Of a stretch of DNA of 64,000 bases, positions 1 to 8,141 are shown piece by piece. How positions within the stretch are numbered: the first letter of the stretch is position 1; each line of letters opens with the position of its first letter. Both the position numbers and the translations under genes were made by a program. Where the stretch lies: positions 283,032 through 347,031 of the forward strand of contig CAZYUH010000001.1 in assembly GCA_964650645.1 (NCBI GenBank), in the 5' to 3' direction. This stretch comes from an uncultured Candidatus Saccharibacteria bacterium (GTDB lineage: Bacteria > Patescibacteriota > Minisyncoccia > Phycocordibacterales > SBAW01). A model generated the notes under the pieces. That model searched no databases. It was not told where the DNA came from and worked only from the letters and a program-made list of their open reading frames with translations.

Positions 1-2071
1 TGAGCCCATCCGAGCCGGGGGTCTGCCATATGCCATTAAGCACCGGCTTTGAGGTGGGCTGCGCTTCCGCGCGCGCGAACGGCTCCTGCGGCAGCCTGGT
101 AAGAGCGTAGCGCATGAATTCCGACCAGGCGGGGCCTATGATGAAGCCCGACACGCGGCGCACCATCGGCGTGTTGTCGTTGTTGCCCGCCCATGCGCCG
201 ACTGAAATGTTGGGGGTGAACCCGACGGTCCAGGCGTCGCGGTAGTTGTTGGTGGTACCGGTCTTCACCGCCACGTCGTGGCCCGGGAAGGTGAACAGGT
301 TGTTCTCGCCCAAGGGCGCGCGCGCGACCGGGTCTGAGAGGACGTCGGCGATTTCCTGGGCCACCAGGGGCGGTATGACCTGCACCCCGGGCGCCTGAGT
401 GTTGTCTTCTATGATGTTGCCCTGCGAGTCCTCAATCTTGAGTATCGACTGCTCCTCGTAGTGGAGGCCGTTGTTAGCGAACGCGCCGTACGCGTTGGTC
501 ATGTCCAAAGGCGTCACTTCGCCGCCGCCGAGCACTAAGGTGAGCCCGTACTGGTTGGGATCGCCCAGGGTCGAGATGCCCATGGCCTTGGCGAGGCGCA
601 GGGTGTCGGAGAGGCCGGCGAGGTACAGGGTCTTCACTGCAGGGACGTTGATGGACTGCGCGAGCGCGTTGCGCAGGGTCATGGGGCCGCGGAAGCCGTT
701 GTCGTAGTTCTGCGGCGCGTAGCAGGGCGCTTCGCTGTTGCGGTTGTCCGAGGGCTCGCAGGCGGTCGAGAACTGGGTCGGCAGGTCGAATACGACCGTG
801 TCGGGGGTGTAGCCCTCGGCGAAGGCCTGCGCGTAGGCGAACGGCTTGAACGAGGAGCCCGGCTGGCGGCCCGGCGCCATGGTGGCGACGTTGTAGGCGC
901 CCGGAATCTCCGTGTCGAAGTAGTCGCGCGAGCCGACCATCACCAGTATCTGCCCGTTGTGCGGGTCGGTGGCGACCATGGCCATGTTGGTGGCCGCGAA
1001 ATTCTCGACGTTCGCCAGGGCGTTGCGCTTCACTATCTCCTCGGCGTGCGCCTGCAGGTCCGCGTCGAGCGTAGTGGTGACCCTCCAGCCGCCGCGCTCA
1101 AGCGCCTCGGAGCCGTACTTGTCCTCGAGGTATTGCTGGACGTAGAAGACGAAGTGCGGAGCGAGGATCCCATTGCGCTTCTGCGGCTGGAAGGCGGCTT
1201 TCTGGCCCTGGTACTCGTCGCGCTCGGCGGCGGTTATGACGCCGTGCTCGTACATCTTCTCGATGACGAGGTTCTTGCGCGCCTCGAGCTCCTCTGGGTG
1301 CTTGCCGTAGGGCGAGTAGTGGGTGGGGGCGGGGAGCATGGCTGCCAGGTAGGCCGACTCGAGGACGGAGAGGTCGGCCGCGTGCTTGTCGAAGTAGGTC
1401 ATCGAGGCTTCCTCGACGCCGTAGAGCTGGCCGCCGAAGGGCGCCTGGTTGAGGTAGAGCTCCAGTATCTGGTCTTTGGTGAGCACGCGCTCCATCTTGA
1501 GCGCCAATATCCACTCCTTTATCTTGCGAATGGGGGACTTGTCGGAGGTGAGTATGGTGAGCTTGACCACCTGCTGGGTTATGGTCGAGCCGCCCTGGCC
1601 CGACAAGAGCTCGCCTTGCAGGAAGTTGGTCCATATGGCGCGGGCTATGGCCGTGGGCTTTATCCCGAGGTGCGTGTAGAAGTCAGGGTCCTCGATGGAG
1701 ATGATGGCCTGCTGGAGGTTGGTCGAGATGGAATCGAGCGGCACGGCGGTGCGCTGCATGTCCTTGTGGAGGTCGTAGAGAAGGACGGTGCCGGTGCGGT
1801 CGTATATCTTGACCGACTGCTCGACGCGGCGGGTTTCCAGGGAGTTGAGGTCGGGGAGCCGGAGGGTGGCGGCCCATATGAGGAGCCCGCCGCCTATGAT
1901 GAGGCATAGCCCGAACGCCCAGACGCCGAACGACTGCCAGTTGCGGCGCGCGTAGCGCGTCCAGTAGTCGAATGAGTCGTCCGCGCGGTCGAACAGTTTC
2001 CCGAATCGCGGATGGAGCGCCTTGTGGGCCTTATTGTAATAGCGGCGGTACATCGCCTTTAATGTGCGCAT
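1..2071 (-). CDS. Class A penicillin-binding protein (PBP1A, transglycosylase + transpeptidase). N-terminus at 2071; the C-terminal part runs past the window start, so the gene is partial.
   Basis: The reverse translation reads MRTLKAMYRRYYNKAHK, then a TM segment, a glycosyltransferase-51 motif (QGGSTITQQ), and a transpeptidase region (SSFKPF, KTGTTNN). There is no stop codon inside the window. Confidence 0.8.
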   Translation of the reverse strand, partial: MRTLKAMYRRYYNKAHKALHPRFGKLFDRADDSFDYWTRYARRNWQSFGVWAFGLCLIIGGGLLIWAATLRLPDLNSLETRRVEQSVKIYDRTGTVLLYDLHKDMQRTAVPLDSISTNLQQAIISIEDPDFYTHLGIKPTAIARAIWTNFLQGELLSGQGGSTITQQVVKLTILTSDKSPIRKIKEWILALKMERVLTKDQILELYLNQAPFGGQLYGVEEASMTYFDKHAADLSVLESAYLAAMLPAPTHYSPYGKHPEELEARKNLVIEKMYEHGVITAAERDEYQGQKAAFQPQKRNGILAPHFVFYVQQYLEDKYGSEALERGGWRVTTTLDADLQAHAEEIVKRNALANVENFAATNMAMVATDPHNGQILVMVGSRDYFDTEIPGAYNVATMAPGRQPGSSFKPFAYAQAFAEGYTPDTVVFDLPTQFSTACEPSDNRNSEAPCYAPQNYDNGFRGPMTLRNALAQSINVPAVKTLYLAGLSDTLRLAKAMGISTLGDPNQYGLTLVLGGGEVTPLDMTNAYGAFANNGLHYEEQSILKIEDSQGNIIEDNTQAPGVQVIPPLVAQEIADVLSDPVARAPLGENNLFTFPGHDVAVKTGTTNNYRDAWTVGFTPNISVGAWAGNNDNTPMVRRVSGFIIGPAWSEFMRYALTRLPQEPFARAEAQPTSKPVLNGIWQTPGSDGL

Positions 2072-2104
2072 GCGGCTATTCTACCACTGTGATACAGTAC
2101 CGCT

Positions 2105-3274
2105 ATGGGTTTTTTTAGTAAGCGCGCCGCTGTTTCTACCGACCGGGCGGCTATAGATGAACTCCTCAGCCGCGGCGTGGAGAACGTCCTGCCCAAGGAG
2201 CTGGCGCAGAAGAAGCTTGCGAGCGGAGAGCGCCTCCGCGTATACCTCGGCATAGACCCTACGGGAGCCAAGCTCCATTTAGGCCACTCGGTGCCGTTGC
2301 GCAAATTGCGCGCGTTCGCCGACCTGGGCCACGAGGTTATTTTCGTCGTAGGGAGCTTTACCGCGACGATAGGGGACCCGACGGGCCGCGACGCGGCGCG
2401 CGAGCCCCTGACCAAGAAGCAGGTGGAAGAGAACTTCAAGGACTACAAGCGCCAGGCGCAGAAGATACTGGACTTCTCCAATATAGAAGTGCGCTATAAC
2501 GGCGAGTGGCTCGAGCCCCTGAATTTCGCCGACATTGTAAGGCTCGCCAGCAACTACACGATAGGGCAGCTTATACAGCGCGACATGTTCCAGAGGCGCA
2601 TCAAGGACGGCAAGCCTATAAGCCTCCACGAGTTCCTCTATCCGCTCATGGTCGGGTACGACTCGGTCGTGCTCGACGTGGACTGCGAGCTCGGCGGCTC
2701 CGACCAGGAGTTCAATATGCTTTCAGGGCGGCACTTGCAGGAGCGCATGGGCAAGCGCGACAAGTTCATACTTACGACGCGGCTCATAGAGGGCCTTGAC
2801 GGGCGCAAGATGAGCAAGACGTACGATAACTGCGTGTACCTCGAGGACGAGCCGGCCGATATGTACGGAAAGATAATGGCGGTGAAGGACGAGCTTGTGG
2901 GCGCCTACTTTGAAACGGCCACCGGCGTGCCCATGGGCGAAGTGGAGGAGATACTGAAAGGCCACCCCAAGGAGGCGAAGATGCGCCTGGCGCGCGAGAT
3001 AGTGGCCATGTATCACGATGCGGCCGCGGCGCAGAAGGCTGAGGCTGATTGGCAAAACACATTCAGCCAGGGCGGCGTGCCCGCAAATATCCCGACCGTA
3101 GCCGCAGGCAAGCTGCGCGACATCGTGGACGGCGTTTCGATGAGCGAACTGCGCCGCCTCGTGGACGCGGGCGCGGTTTCCTACGTTGAGAGCGGCGAGA
3201 AGGTGCCGAGCATCGATGCGGAAGTGAAAGGCGTCATACGCATCGGCAAGCACCGGTTCCTGAAGGCGGAATAA
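2105..3274 (+). CDS. tyrS: Tyrosyl-tRNA synthetase with a C-terminal S4-like domain
   Basis: A class I HIGH-like motif (DPTGAKLHLGH), KMSKT, and a C-terminal S4-like tail (RIGKHRFLK). The 389-aa length fits TyrRS rather than TrpRS. Confidence 0.85.
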   Translation: MGFFSKRAAVSTDRAAIDELLSRGVENVLPKELAQKKLASGERLRVYLGIDPTGAKLHLGHSVPLRKLRAFADLGHEVIFVVGSFTATIGDPTGRDAAREPLTKKQVEENFKDYKRQAQKILDFSNIEVRYNGEWLEPLNFADIVRLASNYTIGQLIQRDMFQRRIKDGKPISLHEFLYPLMVGYDSVVLDVDCELGGSDQEFNMLSGRHLQERMGKRDKFILTTRLIEGLDGRKMSKTYDNCVYLEDEPADMYGKIMAVKDELVGAYFETATGVPMGEVEEILKGHPKEAKMRLAREIVAMYHDAAAAQKAEADWQNTFSQGGVPANIPTVAAGKLRDIVDGVSMSELRRLVDAGAVSYVESGEKVPSIDAEVKGVIRIGKHRFLKAE

Positions 3275-3280
3275 GCATGG

Positions 3281-3310
3281 AAAATCCCCGGCCTGCGCCG
3301 GGGATTTTCG
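3281..3310. terminator. Bidirectional rho-independent terminator between tyrS and the acidic micro-ORF
   Basis: AAAATCCCCGGCCTGCGCCGGGGATTTT, a GC-rich stem flanked by A and T tracts. Confidence 0.75.
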
Positions 3311-3447
3311 CTACATCTCCTCCTCGTCGAGGCCTTCTTCCTCCTCTTCGTCCTCGAGCTCTTCCTCGTCATCGCCCTCGCCGGTGGGGGAGTTGTCGAG
3401 CTCGGGCTCCTCGTCCAGCATCATCTCGGGGTCAAACTCTTCGTGCA
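3311..3447 (-). CDS. Small, highly acidic 45-aa ORF (MHEEFDPEMMLDEEPELD...EEEM). Hypothetical, and absent from the ORF track because it is under 60 aa.
   Basis: An ATG-to-stop frame on the minus strand lies between the bidirectional terminator at 3281..3310 and ruvC. Composition is extremely D/E-rich. No homology could be confirmed. Confidence 0.3.
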
Positions 3448-3506
3448 TGGGTGCTGTAACCTATTCTTATTAATTACGCGGACCTTAACGCCTCTGTTTT
3501 ACCAAA

Positions 3507-3977
3507 CTATCGGATTGACGCAAGGCAGGTAATCCCCACGGCTATGGCATCGAGCTCGTCGTCGAGGCGCTTGCCCGGCTGCATGCCCACGAGACGCGGG
3601 ACCATGAGCGCGATGCCCGCCTTGTCGCTGCGCCCGTTGCCGGTAATGGCGACTTTTACCTGGAGCGGCGTGTACTCGTGCGCCGGGAGATTGCTGCGGG
3701 CGGCGAGGTACAGGAGCATGCCGCGCACCGCCGAGACATTCATCGCCGTTTTCGCGTTGTTCTCGAAATACAGGCTCTCGAGCGCGACGCACGAGGGCGC
3801 CCATGCCGCGATGAGCGATTCCACCTCGCGGCCCAGAATCGCGAGGCGCGCGGGGAAGCTGTCCTTGGCGCTCGTGCGCGCGCATGCGGAGTACAGGAGC
3901 TTCTCCCTCCCGTTCCCCCTCTCCAGCACCGCGATGCCTAAGCGCTCGTAGCCGGGGTCAAAGGCAAGCACTCTCAT
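3507..3977 (-). CDS. ruvC: Holliday junction resolvase RuvC
   Basis: MRVLAFDPGYERLGIAVLE... shows the RuvC catalytic-fold signature. The gene sits in a ruvC-yebC-ruvB arrangement. Confidence 0.85.
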   Translation of the reverse strand: MRVLAFDPGYERLGIAVLERGNGREKLLYSACARTSAKDSFPARLAILGREVESLIAAWAPSCVALESLYFENNAKTAMNVSAVRGMLLYLAARSNLPAHEYTPLQVKVAITGNGRSDKAGIALMVPRLVGMQPGKRLDDELDAIAVGITCLASIR

Positions 3978-3985
3978 GCGGCTTA

Positions 3986-4510
3986 TTATGCCGCATTCGT
4001 ATAAATAGCGTTAACGTCGTCGTGCTCTTCGAGCGCCTCCATGAGGTCGGCGACCTTCTGGGTGTCCTCATCGCTCAGCTCGAGCGGGGAGAGCGGCTCC
4101 AGCGCGCCTTCTGCGTTCTTTGAAAATGCCCACAGCGCGGCGCCTTGCGTGGCCAGCGAGCCGCCGTGCAGCGACAGAAGATGCTTGAGTTCCTGCACGG
4201 TGCGGTTGCGGTTGTCGGTCATCGCCTCTATCACCATTGCGGTGCCGCCCGGGCCGTAGGCCTCGTAGGTGGCGGTTTCCATCTCGACCCCGTCGCTCTT
4301 GCTGAGAGCACGCTCGATGTTGTCCTTGGGCATGTTGTCCGCGAGCGCGCGGTCCACCGCATTGCGCACGCCGGCGGCGGTCTTGTCGCCCTTCGCCTTC
4401 TTGAGCTCCACGCCGATGATCTTCACGTGCTTGCTGAAGAGCTTCGCTTTCTGCGCGTCGGTCTTGCCCTTGGTGTGCTTTAATTTCGCCCATTTGGAAT
4501 GCCCTGCCAT
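3986..4510 (-). CDS. yebC: YebC/PmpR family transcriptional regulator (short form)
   Basis: An MAGHSKWAKLKH N-terminus, YEAYGPGGTAMVIEAMTDNRNRT, and its position between ruvC and ruvB. Confidence 0.8.
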   Translation of the reverse strand: MAGHSKWAKLKHTKGKTDAQKAKLFSKHVKIIGVELKKAKGDKTAAGVRNAVDRALADNMPKDNIERALSKSDGVEMETATYEAYGPGGTAMVIEAMTDNRNRTVQELKHLLSLHGGSLATQGAALWAFSKNAEGALEPLSPLELSDEDTQKVADLMEALEEHDDVNAIYTNAA

Positions 4511-4526
4511 ATGCTGGAAGTGTAAT

Positions 4527-5570
4527 TTATATGAGCCGCTCGTTCAAATCCTCCGGCGGGGTGAGCCCCAGGTGCTCGTAGGCGCGGCGCGTAGCGACGC
4601 GGCCGCGCTGGGTGCGCTCGATGAGGCCCAGCTGCAGGAGGAACGGCTCGTGCACCTCGCTTAAGGTCGCCGGCTCTTCCGAGAGCGCGGCGGCCAAAGC
4701 GTTCACGCCCGTGGGGCCACCGTTGAAGCGCTCGATGAGCGCCAAAAGAAGCTTGCGGTCCAAGGGCGTGAGGCCTAGCGCGTCTACTTCAAGCAAGCCG
4801 AGCGATTCGCCGACTATCTGCGCGGACAGCGGCGCGCGCTTGAGCTGGGCGTAGTCGCGGGCGCGCTTCAGGAGGTAGTTGGCCGTGCGCGGCGTGGAGC
4901 GGGAGCGCTTGGCGATTTCGCGCACGCCGCTCTCTTCTACCTCCACGCCTAGTATTGCGGCCGAGCGCGTAACGATGTCCGCGATATCGTCCTCGCTGTA
5001 GAACTCGAGGCGGTACACGCCGCCCGAGAAGCGCGAGCGAAGCGGCGCCGAGAGGTCCGCGACGCGCGTGGTGGCGGCCACGAGCGTGAACGGCGGCAGA
5101 GGAAGCTCGATGGTGCGCGCCGAGGGGCCCTTGCCGATGATGATATTGAGGACGCCCGACTCCATGGCGGGGTAGAGCACCTCTTCGATACTGCGCGAAA
5201 GGCGGTGTATCTCGTCAATGAACAGGATGTCGCCCTGCTGGAGATTGGTAAGCAGCGCCGCGAGGTCGCCGACGCGCTCAATGGCCGGGCCCGAGGTGGA
5301 GCGCAGGGCGCCGCCGAGCTCGCGGGCGATGAGGTGCGCCAGCGTGGTCTTGCCCAGCCCCGGCGGCCCGTAAAACAGCACGTGCTCGGGCGGGGTGCGA
5401 CGCTCCTTTGCGGCTGATATCAAAATATGCAGGTTGTTCTTGACCGATTCCTGGCCCACGTACTCGTCCCAGGAGGCGGGGCGCAGGGTCTGGTCCAAAT
5501 ACGAGGCGTCGGGGGCCGGGGAGGGGGATTCCGGCTCGAAGTCCTGGGGTTCCAAGGCGTCGCTTGACAT
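4527..5570 (-). CDS. ruvB: Holliday junction DNA helicase RuvB
   Basis: An AAA+ Walker A ([11 protein letters not shown]) and the DEIHRL motif, with RuvB-like N- and C-terminal domains. Confidence 0.9.
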   Translation of the reverse strand: MSSDALEPQDFEPESPSPAPDASYLDQTLRPASWDEYVGQESVKNNLHILISAAKERRTPPEHVLFYGPPGLGKTTLAHLIARELGGALRSTSGPAIERVGDLAALLTNLQQGDILFIDEIHRLSRSIEEVLYPAMESGVLNIIIGKGPSARTIELPLPPFTLVAATTRVADLSAPLRSRFSGGVYRLEFYSEDDIADIVTRSAAILGVEVEESGVREIAKRSRSTPRTANYLLKRARDYAQLKRAPLSAQIVGESLGLLEVDALGLTPLDRKLLLALIERFNGGPTGVNALAAALSEEPATLSEVHEPFLLQLGLIERTQRGRVATRRAYEHLGLTPPEDLNERLI

Positions 5571-5820
5571 AAAATAGATAGTATGATAGGCTACCCATTA
5601 GCCAGCACCTCCTATGGGGAGGTCTTTTCTTTTAGCTATTTGGGAGAAGTTCACCATCAAGCAATGCGGCTTAACCGTTTTGGAACCGTACCGAGGACCT
5701 CCTGGCGCCTGTTTTATACATGGACCGCGGGGAGTATCCTTAGATGCGACTTCCGCTTCATCGCTAGTCGATGATGTGCATTGCTTGGCGGTGAACTCTT
5801 CCTGAACCCACTCTACACCC

Positions 5821-5860
5821 AAACCCCCCGCCGCGGCAGATTGACCGGCGGGGGTTTTGT
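5821..5860 (-). terminator. Rho-independent terminator downstream of the GspE/PilB ATPase gene
   Basis: The hairpin CCCCGCCG...CGGCGGGG with flanking T/A tracts. Confidence 0.6.
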
Positions 5861-5864
5861 GGCC

Positions 5865-7535
5865 CTAGTCGAGGTCGACGACGCGCCTCAGTTCCTCGAG
5901 CGAGGTGATGCCGCGCAGGACCTTCATGATGCCGTCCTCCTGCATGGTCGGTATCCCTTGCGGCTTGGCCGCCGCGGCAATCTCGCGCCCCGAGGGCTTG
6001 GAGCGCAGGATGGCCTCTATCGCGGCGTCCATGAACACCGCCTCGAAGATGCCCACGCGCCCCCTGTAGCCGCGGCCGCGGCACTCCGCGCACCCCTCCG
6101 GGTTCGCGTCCCATACCGCGTCGGTCTTCTGCGGCACCAGCGCCTTGTCCGCGACGGTCGCCAGGTGCTTGTCTATCAGCGCCTTTTCCTCGGGCGTCGC
6201 GGGGCGCTCTTTCTTGCACGCGTTGCACAGCGTGCGCACGAGGCGCTGGGCCAATGCGGCGTTGACCGCCGAGGAGATGACCTTCTCGTCGACGCCCAGG
6301 TCGATGAGGCGGGGGAACGAGCCCGGCGCGTCGTTGGTGTGGAGCGTGGAGAACACCAGGTGGCCTGTGAGCGCGGCGTTAATGGCAACCTCCGCCACCT
6401 CGCCGTCTCTAATCTCGCCGACCATGATGATGTCGGGGTCCTGCCTGAGCGCCGAGCGCAATCCTTCGGCGAAGGTGTACTTGCCCTTTTCCACCTGGGT
6501 CTGCACGATGCCCTGCAGGTGGTACTCGATAGGGTCTTCTATGGTGATGATTTTCGAGCCGGGCGAGTTGACTTTGCGCAGGAACGCGTAGAGGCTGGTC
6601 GTCTTTCCCGAGCCGGTGGGGCCGGTCGTGAGTATCATGCCGTTGGGCTTGCTTATCTCCTTTTCAAGCCGCGTCCGGAGCTTCTCGCCCAGCCCGAGCG
6701 CCTCGAGCTCGACGCCTATCGCCTTGGGGTTGAGGATGCGCAGCACCAGGGTGTCCTGGTAGTTGCCCGGGAGTATCGAGGTGCGCAGCTCTATCTCGTC
6801 GCCCTTTATCTTGATGGAGAAGCGGCCGTCCTGCGCCTGGCCCTCGATGTTGAGCTTGAGGCCCGAGAGGAGCTTGAGGCGCGAGAGGATGAGGCGGTAG
6901 GTCTCGTGGTCGAAGGAGAGCATGTCCACCAGTACGCCGTCGAGGCGGTAGCGCAGGCGCACCTTCGCCTCCTCGGGCTCGAAGTGGATGTCGGAGGCGC
7001 CGGTCGAGAGTCCGCCTGCCAAAATAACCTCCAGTATGCGCGTGATGCGGTAGGCTTTCTTGAGCTCGATGGCCTCGGTGATGAGGGTAGTGATGTCCTC
7101 GGGCCCTTTGACTTTTTCAAGGAGCCCCTCGAGCTCCTCGTTTGAAAGCTCGAACACGCCCGCCTTCGTTTCCGTGGCGTAGGAAAGGTCGGCGTAGCGC
7201 TGGTACGCGCGCTTGAGCGATTCAAGCGAGCACATGAACAGCGCGACCTCGTAGCCCTGCTCCTCGAGCTTGCGCGCGAGCAGCTTCACCTTGTCGCTCT
7301 CGGGGGCGCGCACCGCGACCGAGAGCCGCTTGTTGACCTTGCCGAACGCCGCCGCTTCGGCCGCTTTCGCCTCGGCTTCGGGGATGACGCGCAGGGCGTC
7401 GGTGTTCACCGCCACCAGGGAAAGGTCGACGTACTCGACGCCGTACTTCCTCGAGAGCATCTGCGCCAGCTCCTCCTCCTCGCGCTTGCGCAGGAACTCC
7501 ACGCGCTTCTCGCCCTCATCGTTGAATTCCAGCAT
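5865..7535 (-). CDS. Type II secretion / type IV pilus assembly ATPase (GspE/PilB family)
   Basis: Walker A (GPTGSGKTT) and the GspE-type Asp/His boxes. A C-terminal tetracysteine is not obvious. Length is 556 aa. Confidence 0.85.
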   Translation of the reverse strand: MLEFNDEGEKRVEFLRKREEEELAQMLSRKYGVEYVDLSLVAVNTDALRVIPEAEAKAAEAAAFGKVNKRLSVAVRAPESDKVKLLARKLEEQGYEVALFMCSLESLKRAYQRYADLSYATETKAGVFELSNEELEGLLEKVKGPEDITTLITEAIELKKAYRITRILEVILAGGLSTGASDIHFEPEEAKVRLRYRLDGVLVDMLSFDHETYRLILSRLKLLSGLKLNIEGQAQDGRFSIKIKGDEIELRTSILPGNYQDTLVLRILNPKAIGVELEALGLGEKLRTRLEKEISKPNGMILTTGPTGSGKTTSLYAFLRKVNSPGSKIITIEDPIEYHLQGIVQTQVEKGKYTFAEGLRSALRQDPDIIMVGEIRDGEVAEVAINAALTGHLVFSTLHTNDAPGSFPRLIDLGVDEKVISSAVNAALAQRLVRTLCNACKKERPATPEEKALIDKHLATVADKALVPQKTDAVWDANPEGCAECRGRGYRGRVGIFEAVFMDAAIEAILRSKPSGREIAAAAKPQGIPTMQEDGIMKVLRGITSLEELRRVVDLD

Positions 7536-7648
7536 TGCCTATATTGTATACTCCTTTAGATATGGCCATACCGCCCCGCATAGCCGCCGCGCGCGAGACA
7601 TTCCGAAAGACATTACAAGCAGGCCCTCATTCTCCCGCTTTCTAGGCT

Positions 7649-8113
7649 ATGACCCGCGTGGCGCTCTATGAGCTGTCGTATTTCGTCCGCAACATGCTCG
7701 CGGTCCTGGCGCTCGCCGACAGCAAGGACTCCGCGACCGTGCTCGCGCTCAAGGGCGACCTCGGAGCAGGAAAGACGACGTTCACGCAGGCGCTCGCGCG
7801 CGAGCTGGGGGTGCAGGATGCGGTGCAGAGCCCGACGTACGTCCTCATGAAGAGCTACCCGCTGGAGCTTTCCGATGCGGGCGCGAACACGAACAAGAAG
7901 TTCACGAAGCTCGTGCACATAGACGCCTACCGGCTGGAGCGCCCGGAAGAGTTCGACGTCCTGCGGCCGCAGGAGTTCCTTAGCGACCCGTATGCGCTGG
8001 TGGTCGTCGAGTGGCCGGAGAAGCTTGAAGGCAGGCTCCCCAAGCCCGACATGACGCTGGTGTTTTCTGCCGACGGCGCGGCCCCCGACGAGCGGGACAT
8101 CGACGCGGTGTAA
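7649..8113 (+). CDS. tsaE: tRNA threonylcarbamoyladenosine biosynthesis protein TsaE (YjeE ATPase)
   Basis: A P-loop (LKGDLGAGKTTF) and a size of about 150 aa. Confidence 0.8.
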   Translation: MTRVALYELSYFVRNMLAVLALADSKDSATVLALKGDLGAGKTTFTQALARELGVQDAVQSPTYVLMKSYPLELSDAGANTNKKFTKLVHIDAYRLERPEEFDVLRPQEFLSDPYALVVVEWPEKLEGRLPKPDMTLVFSADGAAPDERDIDAV

Positions 8114-8141
8114 AATCCCTCCCAAGAGGTACAATGGCCCC

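Noticed and set aside
959-1909. A 316-aa plus-strand ORF (MRVGGDHGHVGG...)
   Set aside because: It is antisense to a clearly recognisable PBP1A gene. The Arg/Gly/Val-rich, low-complexity translation is typical of a high-GC shadow ORF.
5781-7145. A 454-aa plus-strand ORF
   Set aside because: It is antisense to the GspE/PilB ATPase gene, which has unambiguous Walker motifs. The composition is shadow-ORF-like.
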